DNA from: Mobula hypostoma
Taxonomy: Eukaryota
Assembly: GCF_963921235.1 (NCBI RefSeq)
Contig: NC_086129.1
Location: 23,808,001 to 23,872,000, forward strand
Direction: 5' to 3'
DNA length: 64,000 nucleotides
Below, one piece after another: positions 23,059 to 36,137 of the stretch. Under the pieces are notes generated by a model that made no database searches, was not told the DNA's origin, and saw only the letters and a list, made by a program, of their open reading frames with translations. The position numbers were made by a program, and so were the translations under genes. Position 1 is the first letter of the stretch. Every line of letters begins with the position of its first letter.

Positions 23059-26000
23059 TTTTTTTAATAATATAATTTTTATTGAGTTTTCAAAAAGAAT
23101 ACATGAAAGATAAAATCTACCCTCCCCCCTCCCCTTAACCCTCCCCCCCCCATATATAGTCCTACCTAAAAGGAAGAAGAGAAAATAAAAGAAGAGCCGC
23201 CTGGGTATTGGAAGGTTTCCACATGCTCCATGGGATTCAAAATAAATTTGGTATAATTATTCGTTACTTTCCCCAAGGGACCAAGATCTTTTTCGGAGCA
23301 CTTAAATATGACATCCTATCTTTTGTAAATAAGGGCACCAAATATTCAAAAATGTTACATATTTATCTCTTAAATTATAAGTAATTTTTTCGAGTGGAAT
23401 AGAACTAGCCATTTCATTATTCCAACGATCCATACTTAAATACGAATCAGATTTCCAAGTAACTGCTATAGTCGTCTTAGCTACTGCCAATGCAATTTTT
23501 ATAAATTCTTTCTGATATTTATTCAATTTAAGTTTTGGTTTTATCCCTTCAATATCACCTAATAGAAATAATACCGGGTTATGTGGAAGTTGAATTCCAG
23601 TAATTTGTTCCAATAAGACTCTTAGATTTATCCAAAAGGGTTGAATTTTAAAACAAGACCAAGTAGAATGTAAAAAAGTACCAATTTCTTGATTACACCG
23701 AAAGCATTTATCGGATAGATTTGAATTTAATCTATTTATTTTTTGTGGTGTAATATATTGTCATACTGTCAAGACAAAGTCTTGACCAATTTGTTTCATC
23801 AATATTAATATTCAGATCTGTTTCCCATTTTTGCTTTGACTTATGGATTCCTTGTTTAATTGTCTGTTCTTGAATCAAATTATACATACAAGAAATACAT
23901 TTTTTAATTTTCCCTTTTTGAATTAAAATTTCAATTTCATTAGGTTTTGGCAAAAACATTGTTTGACCCAGCTTACCTTTTAAGTAAGCCCTTAATTGAA
24001 GGTAATAAAAGAAAGTATTATTTGATATTTTATATTTATCCTTTAATTGTTCAAATGACATCAATATACCTCGTTCATAACAATCTCCAATAAATTTAAT
24101 CCCTTTTTGGTACCAATTATATAAAAGTTGATTGTCCATTGTAAAAGGAATAAGTCTATTTTGGAACAAAGGTTTCCTTGCTAATAAAGATTTCTGTGTT
24201 TCATTATCAACATTTATCTTATTCCATAGATCAATCAAATGTTTTAATATAGGAGATTCTTTCTTTTCCCGTATCCATTTAGATTCCCATTTATATATAA
24301 AGTCTTCAGGTCTATTTTCTCCTATCTTGTCTAATTCTATTTTAATCCATGCTGGTTTTCGATCATCGAAGAAAGATGCAATAAATCTAAGTTGATTTGC
24401 TTTATAATAATTTTTAAGGTTTGGAAGTTGTAACCCTCCTAACCCAAATTTACATGTCAATTTTTCCAATGATATTCTTGACATTTTACCTTTCCAAAGA
24501 AATTTTCTCACACATTTATTTAACTCTTGAAAAAATTTCTGTGGCAGTTGTATTGGTAATGTTTGAAACAAATACTGTAATCTAGGAAATATATTCATTT
24601 TTACAACATTGACTCTACCTACTAATGTTATTGGTAGTATCATCCATTTGTCAAAATCTTCTTGAATTTTTTTCAATAGTGGTAAATAATTAAATTTATA
24701 TAAATTCTTTACATCATTATCAAGTCTTAGACCTAAATACTTTATACCATTTACCAGCCATCTAAATTGGGTTACTAATCGACATTGACTATAGTCTCCT
24801 TTAGTAAGAGGTAAAGTTTCACTTTTATCCCAATTTATTTTGTAACCTGATACCTTCCCATATTCATCCAATCTAAAAGATAATTTATGTAACGAATGTT
24901 GTGGGTTTGTTAAGTAGATCAAAACATCATCGGCAAAAAGATTAATTTTATATTCCTCCTGATTAACTCTAAAACCCATGATATCTGGATCAGTTCTGAT
25001 TAGTTCTGCTAATGGCTCTATCGCCAGTACAAATAAAGCAGGTGATAGTGGACAACCTTGTCTAGTTGACCTTTTTAACTGGAATGGTGTTGAAATTTGA
25101 GAGTTTGTCACTACTTTGGCCTTAGGATTAGAATTTAAAGTTTTAATCCAATTTATAAAAGATGTTCCTAACCCATATTTTGCTAATACTTTAAATAAAA
25201 AATCCCATTCTAATCTATCAAATGCTTTTTCTGCATCCAAGGCTACTACTATACTCTTCTCGTCCCTTTTTTGTGCCAAATGAATTATACTGAGTAGCCG
25301 GGTTACATTATCTGCCAATTGTCTATTTTTAATAAATCCTGTTTGATCCATATGTATTAATTTTGGTAAATATTTAGATAATCTATTCGATAAAATTTTT
25401 GTTATTATTTTATAATCCGTATTCAATAGAGAAATAGGCCTGTATGATGTTGGTTTCATAGGGTCTCTGTCTTTTTTTTGGCAATACTATTACAATCGCT
25501 GTTGAAAAAGATTCTGGGAGTTTATGTGTTTTTTCTGCTTGACGTATTAGTTCCATAAAGAGAGGAAATAATAAATCTTTAAATTTTTTATAAAATTCAG
25601 GTGGAAAACCATCTTCTCCTGGAGATTTATTACTTTGGAGTGATCCTAAAGCTTCTTCAACTTCTTTTAATGTAAAAGGCATATCTAATCCCTTCTGTTC
25701 TTCCAAATTCAATTTTGGAAGAGATACTTGTGATAAAAACCTTTCTATCTCATTAACATCATTTTGTGATTCTGATTGATTTAATTCAGAATAGAAACTT
25801 TTAAAGGTTTCATTTATTTCAAGAGGTTTATAAGCTATTTTATTTGCCCTTGTTCTAGTTGCATTTATTGTTTTGGAAGCTTGTTCTGTTTTCAACTGCC
25901 AGGCAAGAATTTTATGTGTTCTCTCACCTAACTCATAATACCTTTGTTTAGTTCTTATAATTGCTTTTTCCATTCTATATGTCTGAAGCGTATTATATTG

Positions 26001-26693
26001 TAACTTCTTATTGACAAGTTGCCTTCATTTTTCTTCTGACATATATCTTTGAGATTCTTTTTCTAATTTTGTAATCTCTTTTTCCAATCGATCTAGTTCT
26101 GCCATATATTCTTTCTTAATTTTAGATGTATAACTTATTATCTGGCCCCTAAGATATGCTTTCATCGCATCCCATAATATAAATTTATCATCCACTGAAT
26201 GAAAATTTGTATCCAAAAAAAATTGAATCTGCTTTTTCATAAAATCACAAAAATCTTGACGTTTTAATAATGTTGAATTAAATCTCCATCTATAACCCAC
26301 TTCTTCCTTATCAGCCATTATTATTGTCATTAATAAAGGAGAATGATCTGATAATATTCTTGCTTTATATTCCATATTTTTCACTCTGTGTTGAATATGC
26401 ATTGATAATAGAAAAAAATCTATCCTTGAGTAAGTTTTACGTCTATGAGAATAGAACGAATAGTCTCTTTCTTTAGGATTGATTCTTCTCCATATATCAA
26501 TCAAATTTAAATCTTTCATCAATGATAAAGTTAGATTTACTACCTTCGATTTTATAACATCCTTGGTTGATCTATCTAAGACTGGGTCTAAGCAAAAATT
26601 AAAGTCTTCTCCAATTAATATTTTTTCATGTGCATCCGCCAAATTCAAAAAAGCTTCTTGTATGAATTTTGCATCATTTTCGTTTGGTGCATA
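23059..26693 (-). mobile_element. 5'-truncated L1-clade LINE; ORF2 (endonuclease-RT-C-terminal) broken by a few frameshifts; present only in copy 1
   Basis: ORFs 26025-26648 (GEDFN, SRIDFF, SDH), 25410-25973, 23732-25459 (YRPISLLN, RQGCPLSP, LFADD) and 23302-23613; poly(T) at the left end; TSD AAC(A/G)CTGCTT 23049-23058/26694-26703. Confidence 0.93.
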
Positions 26694-28143
26694 AACGCTG
26701 CTTGAAGATGTCTTGGATACTGCAAAGGCTTGTACCCAAGATGGAGGTGACTAATTTTACAACTTTCTGTAGCTTCTTTCGGTCTTCTGCAGTAGCTCCA
26801 ACCCCCATACCGGACAGTGATGCAGCCTGTCAGAATGCTCTCCATGGTACATCTATAGAAGTTTCTGAGTGTTCTAATTGACAAATCAAATCTCTTCAAA
26901 CTCCTAATGAAGTATAGCTGCTGAATTGCCTTCTTTATGACTACATCGCTATGTTGGGACCAGGTTAGATCCTCAGAGATCTTGACACACATTAACTTGA
27001 AACTGCTCACTCTTTCCACTTCTGATCCCTCTATGAGGATTGGTCCGTGTTACCTTGCCTTACTCTTCCTGAAGTCTACAATCAGCTCTTGGTTCTTACT
27101 GACATTGAATGTAAGGTTGTTGCTGCAATACCACTCTACTCGCTGGTTTATCTCACTCCTGTACGCCCTCTCATTTCCATCTGAGATTCTGCCAACAATG
27201 GCTGTATCATCAGCAAATTTATAGATGGCATTTGAGCTATGCCTAGCCACACAGCCATGGGTATAGAGAGAGTAGAGCAGTGGGATAAGCACATATTTCT
27301 GAGGTGCAGCAGTGTTGATCGTCAGTGGGTAGGAGATATTATTGCCAACCTGCACAAATTCTCGTCTTCCGGTTAGGAAGTCGAGGATCCAATTGCATAG
27401 GGAGGTACCGAGGCCCAGGTTCTGTAGCTTATCGATCAGGACTGTGGAAATGACGGTGTTAAATGCTGAGCTCTAGTCAACAAACAGCATCCTGACATAG
27501 TATTGTCCAGGTGATCTAGGGCCGTGTGAAGAGCCATTGAGATTGTGTCTGCCGTAGACCTATTGTGGCAATAGGCACATTGCAGTGGGTCCAGGTCCTT
27601 GCTGAGGCAGGAGTTGATGTTAGTTATGACCAATCTCTCAAAGCATTTCATCACCGTAGATGTGAGTGCTACTGGGCGATAGTCATTAAGGCAGCTCACA
27701 CTACTGTTCTTGGGCACAGCTATAATTGTTGCCCTTTTAAAGCAGGTGGGAACTTTCAGCCATTGCAGTGAGAGGTTGAAAATGTCCTTGAACACTCCTA
27801 CCAGTTGGTTGCCACAAGTATTCAGAGCCTTACCAGGTACTGCACCGGGGTCTGCTGCCTTGTGAAAGACAGCCTGACATCGGCCTCTGAGACAGAGATC
27901 ACAGGGTCACCGGATGCAGCAGGGAGCTTCACAGCTCTAGTTATATTCTCCCTTTCAAAGCAAACATTGAAGGCATTGAGCTCGTCTGGTAGTGAGGCCT
28001 AGCTGCCATTCATGCTGTTTATTGGGTTTTGCTTTGTAGGAATTAACGTCCCGCAAACCCCACCAGAGTTGACGTGCATCCGATGTTCCCTCCAACCTCA
28101 CTCAGAATTGTTTCTTCGCTCTTGAAATAGCCCTCTGCAAGTT

Positions 28144-28896
28144 ATAACCATATATAACCATATAACAATTACAGCACGGAAACAGGCCCTCTCGGCCCTT
28201 CTAGTCCGTGCCGAATTCTTACTCTCACCTAGTCGCACCGACCTGCACTCAGCCCTCCATTCCTTTCCTGTCCATATACCTATCCAATTTAACTATAAAC
28301 GACTACATCGAACCCGCCTCAACCACTTCTGCTGGAAGCTCGTTCCACACAGCTACCACTCTCTGAGTAAAGAAGTTGCCCGTCTTGTTAACTCTAAACT
28401 TTTTCCCTTTAACTCTCAACTGATGTCCTCTTGTTTGAATCTCCCCCACTCTCAATGGAAAAAGCCTATCCATGTCAACTCTATCTATCCCCCTCATAAT
28501 TTTAATACCTCTATAAAGTCCCCCCACAACCTTCTACGCTCCAAAGAATAAAGACCCAACTTGTTCAATCTTTCTCTGTAACTTAGGTGATGAAACCCAA
28601 GTATCATTCTAGTAAATCTTCTCTGTACTCTCTCTATTTTGTTGACATCTTTCATATAATTCGGTGACCAAAACTGTACACAATACTCCAAATTTGGCCT
28701 TACCAATGCCTTGTACAATTTCAACGTTACATCTCAACTCCTATACTCAATACTCTGATTTATAAAGGCCAGCATACCAAAAGCTTTCTTCACCACCTTA
28801 TCCACATGAGATTCCACTTTCAGGGAACTATGCACCATTATTCCTAGATCCTTCTGTTCTACTGCATTCTTCAATGCCCTACCATTTACCATTTAT
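28144..28896 (-). mobile_element. 5'-truncated CR1 LINE
   Basis: [19 protein letters not shown] and NFFTQRVV..WNELP motifs; (ATAACCAT)-like tail; CAAGTT TSD 28138-28143/28897-28902. Confidence 0.88.
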
Positions 28897-29391
28897 CAAG
28901 TTGTACCTGGTTTTCTTGCACAGACTTGGGTTACCAGACTCAAATGCCACAGACCTAGCCCTCAGCAGAAGGTTAACCTTGTAGTTCATCCACAGCTTTT
29001 GATTTGGGAAAGTACAACAAGTTTTCATGGGCACACACTCAACCACACCGGTTTTAGTGATGTTGCTAAGAACTATGGCATACTTATCCAGATTGGAAGA
29101 TGAATGCCAGTCCACTGATTCAAAGCAGTGTTATAAGTGCTCCTGTGCTTCCCTTGTCCCTACCTTCTTGGTCCTCACTACTGGTGCTGCAGTCTTCAGT
29201 CTTTGCCTATACTCAGGGAATAGAAGCACAGCCAGGTGATCAGACTTATCAGTCTTTCTGAAGTGTGGGCGTGGGATAGCGCGATAAACACTATTGATAG
29301 TGGTGTAACAGTGGTCCAGTGTGTTGGTTCCTCTGCTACTACAAGTGATTTATTGATGATAATTATTTAGTGGCTTTATCAAGGTGGAAAG

Positions 29392-30165
29392 TTACAGGAA
29401 AGATACTAGCATGGACGGAAGATTGAGTGACTGGCAGGAGGCAAAGTACGGGAGTAAAGGGGGCCTTTTCTGGTTAGCTGCCAGTGACTAGTGGTGTTCC
29501 GTTACATTCAGTTTTGGGACCTCTTCTTTTCATGTAATATGACATCGTTTTGAATGATGGAATTGATGGGTTTATCACTAAGTTTGTGGACAATACGAAG
29601 ATAGGTGGAGGTGCAGATATTATTGAGGAAGCAGGGAGTCTGCAGAAGGACCTGGGCAGATTGGGAGAATGGGCAAAGTGGCACATGGAATATAGCGCAG
29701 GGAGATATATGGTCATGCAGTTTGGCGGAAAAAATAAAGGCATAGACTATTGTCTAAACGAGGAAGAAATTCAAAACGGACAGGTGCAAAGAGACTTTGC
29801 AGTCCTTGTGCAGAATTCCTTGAAGGTTAACTTGCAGGATGAGTCATTGGTAAGGAAGGCAAATGTAATGTTAACATTCATTTCAAGAGGACTAGAATGT
29901 AAGAGCAAGGATATGATGCTGATGCTTTATAAGGCATTGGTCAAACCACACTTGGAGTATTTGAGCCCCCATCTAATCAAAGATGTGCTGGCCTTGAAGA
30001 GGTCCAGAGGAAGTTCACGAGAATTATTTTGTAATAGAGGGACGCCCATTTAGAACAGAAATGAGGTGGAATTTCTTTAGCCAGAGGATGGTGAATCTGT
30101 GGAATTCATTGCCATGGAAGGCTGTGGAAGTCATTGAGCATATTTAAAGCAGAGATTGATAGGTT
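29392..30165 (+). mobile_element. CR1 LINE, 3' portion (also 764-1537 and 51319-52092)
   Basis: KFVDNTKIGG, LQKDLGRLGEWA, LYKALVKPHLEY; continues the CR1 split at 22693. Confidence 0.85.
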
Positions 30166-33100
30166 CAAAGTTCAAAGTAAATTTATTATCAAAGTAGATA
30201 TATGTCACCATATACAATCCTGAGATTCATTTTCCTGTGGGCATATTCAGTAAATCCATAATAGAATAATAACTATAATAGAATCAATGAAAGATTGCAC
30301 CAGCCTGGGTGTTCAACCAGCATGAAAAAGACAACAAGCTGTGCAGATACAAAAAGAAAGAAATAATAATAACTAAATAAATAAACAATAAATATTGAGA
30401 ACATGAGATGAAGAGTCCTTGAAGTTGAGTCCATAGGCTATGGGAACATTTCAATAATGGGGCAAATGAAGTTGAGTGAAGTTATCCCCTTTGGTTCAAG
30501 AGCCTGATGGTTAAGGGGTAATGACTGTTCCTGAACATTTCTTGTTGCAGGAAACATACAATTTCCCTGATTGAGGAAACATATAATTAGGCAAGAGGAA
30601 AGTTTAGGTAGGGCGTGATTGGCAAAGGCCCTTTCTGAGATGATGTTAAGGTGCTTTGGATGGTGAAATTCTTACCTCTCGTCTGAGCTGATGAGCCAGT
30701 CAAGGTGCTGCATTGTCAGGTTGGTGCTGTAAAAGCTTAGAATGGTGATTCTAGATACTATATAATCCAAGATGGCACCAAGCTGTGAACTCTGTTGAGT
30801 TGTGGCTCAGATTTGTTTTTTAAAGTTTGTAAGGATGGTGTTGGGGACAGAGAGTGGATTTACGGATCAGCTTAGGGTTTTTATTTTAATGTTACAGCAC
30901 AGTACAGGCCCCTCGGCTCACAATGTTGCTCCAAAGGGCTTGTACTGTTTAGGGACAGGAATGAGGAATTAGAGATCAGGCCAGTCTAAGTCTCTGCTTC
31001 GCGTTCAAAGGCGAGTAATGTAGAGGTGATCGAATGTCAGATGCCGGGTTAGCAGAGAGTGGACAAGGGTCATACCCCTTCCCCCACCCCTTGTCAGCAG
31101 GTTCTGGAGTCGGATTTCCGTGCGGGCATGAGGAACAAGTTCCAATGACCAACAGTGTACGCAAGTTGAAGTGGCCGTAGTTCAAGGTCTAGTGTTCAGA
31201 GTCCCGTCATCAGTGAGTCCGGAGTTCAAGGCCCTGTGGTTGATGATTGGTGTGTCCTGGAATCGATGCCAAAGATCGAGGCCCAAGGGTGAACTGGAAG
31301 TCCAGAAGTCATGGCCCATTGGCCTGAGCTGAGTTTACAAATCTCTACGAGTCCACTGGAGGCTGGAGACCTTTTCTGTGGTTAAAGGACTGTGTATGTG
31401 CATGGGTGGGAGGGAGACCTGGCTTGTTTTGCTTGCTGTGTTCTGTGTTGTTCTGCCAGGCATTGTCGGCATGCTATGTTGGTGCTGGAATGTGTGGTGT
31501 CATTCGCGGGCTGTCCCAGCACACCCTCGGACGTGTTGGTTGTTATCGCAAACAACGTATGTATGTATGCTTCGATGTACACATGATAAATAAATTTTAA
31601 TCTTCAATCTTGAATCTTGGTGGTGTGATGATTCTGTTATGTTTTCCTTGTAACAACCACAGTTGTATACTTCTGTTGCAGATAGGACTACTTTAAAACA
31701 TGCCTGGGATATCTTGGTGTGCAAAGGATGTTGCCAGGTTAGGAAGTCAGAGAACCAGTCAATGCAAATTACTTTGGTGGCAACAGAGTCTACTAGTCTA
31801 CCGTGAGATCTGCCGTAGCCTACTGGGATTGCCAGTTCAGCTGCCTTAACTCTGCCTCTGCGTCCGAAATATCGCAGCTTGCTTTTGCACTCTGGCTTCC
31901 CCACTCTGCTTAGCAGGACTTCACAAGCAGATGAATTCCCCTCTCCTTGGGAAGAGAGCATCCATGATGTGACGTGTGCTTTGATGTGTGACAAAGCATG
32001 ACATGTGGTCTGAAGTGATCGCGAAGCTACACCTACTGTTCTCTGCAAGTTGACCTGTCCAGACAGGGGAAGGTGGCATGAGCTTTAGCTGCAATAAGTG
32101 AAAGTTCTGGATGGATTTCTTATCAAGAGGAGACACAAGCGACAGTAGGTACTGGAATCTGAAACTTAGCATATCAAGCAGTGGAGGAAAATGGTTTTGG
32201 GTGGAACCAACTCTCGGAGAAATATTATGGAAAGCTTCTATCAAAGATCTTGCACCTTTCGTTAGTTTCCTCTGACCTTCTTCTCAGCTACTGACTTTTG
32301 TTTAAGTCTTTCAGCCCACTGACTAAAGTTTGCTCATCTATTCAATTCCCAACAAACATACAAAGGATTGATTATTTTCTGAACTAGCTGTGGTTCAGGA
32401 TGTACAGTACCTGTGGATAAGACAATTGCCCACGAGACATCAACAATTGTTAACTGTCGTACACTCAAGTAATTCAGCTTTATAAGCCATCCACCATTTG
32501 GGCATCAAAGGTGGATTGGCATCACCAGTGCGAATTCACCGCATTCAGTGTGTAGCTTTGTCATGTATACTGAGGGTTGACAAAGGTGTCTTTGGATGTG
32601 ACATCGTGTTTGTGAAAGAGAAAATAATAATCCTGTATGATTTTAATACAGGTCTCCATATTTCTCTTTGATCTTCCCTGAAAAAGGTTGATCATTAAGC
32701 TAAAAATTATACATTGGCCAGGATACATACAGAAACATCAGCAGCACCTGTATACACTCTTTCAAGTTACATATTGCCATTTCTTCATTGCCTCTAGTGT
32801 TAGGGCGTACTCTGGAGTTGGGGTATATAGCAAATATTAATTTCACCAGCAAGCAATTTTCAGACATGAACATGGATTGTAAATTGAATTTAAAATGCAG
32901 CCCTGACCAATAGTTTTCCTGGAGCTGCAGACTGGAGTTGATTGCAAACCAGACAATGCTGACTAACATTCATTTTGGGTGTCTGGAGTCTGCGTGCAAA
33001 GAAGGAGGTGTTTGAAAACCATATGTAATTCTAATGAAGTATTGTAGATACATGATAACTATAGAATTGTCCTGCTGTTATCTTTGATCTTTAACATATA

Positions 33101-35624
33101 AAAATGTCATGGAATATTGGGTCGGGAGGTCTCTTTCTCCAAGCGTGTCTCAATATGATGCGTGCTGCTTGTTTTTGTGAATAAAAGACTTCTGTATCCA
33201 CTACTTTCAGTGTCTCTCTGAAATGGTAGAAGGTAAAATGGTGGATATGCCGGTGAAGATCAACTCCCCCAAAAAATAAATTACTGAAAAAAATCTAGTC
33301 TGAATGGCTGCCAAACATCTTTTCTCTGTCAGCCAAAATCGATTTCCGTTTATTTATAAGTACAGTCTCATTTGACATGGTGGGATATCTAGCCCATTGA
33401 TCAGCCAATATATCCTTGCCAATATATGCTGCAATCCCTGTGGGTTTGTCGCTATTTACACCTAGAGGTATGAATGTCGTAATTAAGCAGTCATATTTTA
33501 ACACAACTCTAAAGCAAGATTAAAGGGCTTGCTATGCACAGTGAATGAGAAGTTGGCATTTTTTTTACTGAAAATTGAACTTGCAGTACGCTGAAGTGGT
33601 ATATATTCAGGGATTATTAACGTGCTGAAAGCATACTTCATTGATGTATGTAGGAGAATCATTAATTGCAATATATAATCATAGAATTGTTGTCCGATAG
33701 AGCAAAGAAAGTAGATATCAAGCCTGTGCTTGCTCTTTGAAAGAGTTGGCCAATATTTCAACTTGATCCATTTCCTTGCTGTTTCTTCGTTGTGCTGTAA
33801 TTGCTTCCTCCCCACGTCTATCCAAATCCCGAATGATAGTTGGCATTAAGTGTATCTGCCACATGCATTCCAGATAACAATGAAAATAAATTCTTTCCAC
33901 GTTGCCTCTAACTCATTTGACAAATACCTTAAGTGAGCATGCAGTCAGTTTATTTACCAAGTCTTGATTTAATAGCTGTTTTGCAATGAGAACTTCAGGT
34001 GAGATGCTTTTCTTTAAACATTTGCAAGCCATCATACTTGCATAGAGTGCAAATATTTGCCTTGTATTTAAAAGATGCATTTTAAAATTAATTTTTGCTG
34101 AGTTTCACAGACAATGATTGAAAATAAAAAAAACACTGCAGAAGCTGAAAATGTGAATTAATAACAGAAAATGCAGGAATCAGTCAGCGGGTCAGGCAGC
34201 ATCAGTGGAATGGGAAATGGAGTCAATAGTTCATGTCAAAAACCCTTCACCGGGACTGGAAATGTGAGAAAACATAGTTTGAAGTTGCAGCGAGGATTGG
34301 GAGGAATAGGTAGCACAAAGGGAATATCTGTGGCACCAAATACACTCATCTTGGGCTTCCAGCCACGTACAAGAAGCTCACGAAGAGTTTATTTGTCGTA
34401 TACGCCAGGAAGGCATTAGATCTTATTTCATCTGTGGCACCATTTTGTCAGTTGCTTCATATTCACCACATCTGCTCCCAGGATGAGGCTTTCCTTTCCA
34501 GGACAAATCATAGATGTCCTCCTTCTTCAAAGAGCAGGGTTTCCCTTCCTCCACTATTGATGCTGCCCTCACCCACATGAGGGAACACTTCACCTGCAAA
34601 TCGGTTTGGATCGTCTGCTGCAGGGGTTCCAAACCTGGGGTCCATGAACCCCTTGCTTAATGGTAGGGGTCCTTGGCATTAAAGAAGTCTACTGTATCCG
34701 TGCTTCTGAAATGGTATCCTCTATATTGGTGAGGCCCAACATAGATTGGGGGCACCGCTTTCTTGAGCACCTTCATTCCACCTGCAACAAGCAGGGTTTC
34801 CCCGTGGCCAACCGTTCTGACATGTCTGTCCGCGGGATCCTGTACTGTCATGATGAGGCCCGTTATCAGGTTTGAGGAGCAACACTTCATATTTTGTCTG
34901 GGTAGTCCGCAACCTACTCACTGTGCTCACTCTACTCACTCTACACCTATGACTGTGAGGCTCAGTACGACTCCAAACCATATACAGGTTTGCTGATGAT
35001 ACCACTGTTGTGGGCTGTATCTAAGGGGGTGATGAATCAACACACAGGATTGAAAATTTGTCTGAGTGGTGTAATAACAACAACCTCTCAGTCAATGTCG
35101 ATAAGACCAAGGAACTGATTGTACACTTCAGGAAAGGGAAACCAGAGGCCCATGAGCCAGTAGTCATCTGAGGATTAGAGGAGGAGAGGGTCAGTAACTC
35201 TAAGTTCCTGGGTGTCACAATCTCGGCGGACCTGTCCTAGACTTATCATGTAAATGTTATTGTAAAGCAATCAGGACAGCACCCCTACTTCCTCAGGAGT
35301 TTGTTTTACGATGAATGATACTATCCAATCATATGTCGTTTGCCCGAAAAGGTAAATTAACCATGTTGTAACAATCATGATCTTCCCTCCCTCCTGGTCT
35401 TTGGTGAACTGACAGCCTGTTTACTTGCACACACCTTAAGCAGGTCTTGAGTTCATTGTGATGTTTGCTGACATCATGAAGTGTAACAATGGCATAGCAT
35501 CATCAGATGTAACCTCTACAGGACTCCTTTGGGTACTGTATCAATAGCAGCCTAAATGTACGTAATAACCTGGTGGTTGTTATACCTATCAATAGTTTGG
35601 TACCTCATCTGCGGATCGGAAGAC

Positions 35625-36137
35625 ATGAGCAGCACAACCACCTTCCGAGGCCTGGACTCCAAGGCTCGCCGCAGTTGCAGGGTGTTGCAGCCTCCAGGTG
35701 GTAAATCCAGTATCTCATTGGGGGTGGAGGAAAATGTCAAACCAGTGCATTCCCGTCCAAGCAAAACTGCATCCAATACCTTCGGGCCACCATTGCAAAA
35801 TCAACCTGTGACTAGAAGAAGGAACCCGCCAGATGGAAAAAGTAGTGGTATCTTTCCGGCAGCTACCACTGAAACACCTGATCTAAAGCAACAGAGAAAT
35901 CCTCCTGCTGGCAAGACAAGTGGCATCTGTGACGTTGTGGAAATACCTCCCAAAACTCCGGATATCGCAACTGGGGAAGGTGAAAATAGCCCAGGTTCCT
36001 CCGAAACTGAAAACCAAATGGAAGCCCAGGGAAAGAAAGGAGAATGTGTGCCTGGGCCAGTACAGTCTGCTCAAACTGAACCAGTAAGGCGCAAGAGAGT
36101 CCCACCTGGTGGATGGTCTACCATTGTGCTGGGGTAA
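35625..36137 (+). CDS. JPT1: Intronless Jupiter-family (JPT1/HN1-like) gene, copy 2, 170 aa
   Basis: Same as copy 1 apart from one CAG>CCG (Q>P) change seen; AATAAA 36174-36179; upstream in-frame ATG at 35556. Confidence 0.85.
   Translation: MSSTTTFRGLDSKARRSCRVLQPPGGKSSISLGVEENVKPVHSRPSKTASNTFGPPLQNQPVTRRRNPPDGKSSGIFPAATTETPDLKQQRNPPAGKTSGICDVVEIPPKTPDIATGEGENSPGSSETENQMEAQGKKGECVPGPVQSAQTEPVRRKRVPPGGWSTIVLG

Larger units (their letters stand above)
275..28902 (+). repeat. Tandem segmental duplication unit, copy 1 (~28.6 kb)
   Basis: Sequence after CAAGTT|GTACCTGG at 275 recurs at 28903 and 50830; ORF track repeats at offsets +28627 to +28637. The unit phase is arbitrary because the array is continuous. 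Confidence 0.95.
22694..29391 (-). mobile_element. Rex1/Babar LINE, decayed, interrupted by an L1 and a CR1
   Basis: (AATCAG)n tail at 22694; LNDYRPVALTSTVMKCFERLV and KFADDTAIVGRI; TTACA direct repeat 22689-22693/29392-29396 in the host CR1. Confidence 0.82.

Noticed and set aside
23302-26648. Autonomous active L1
   Set aside because: 5'-truncated inside the endonuclease, no ORF1, and ORF2 is frameshifted.
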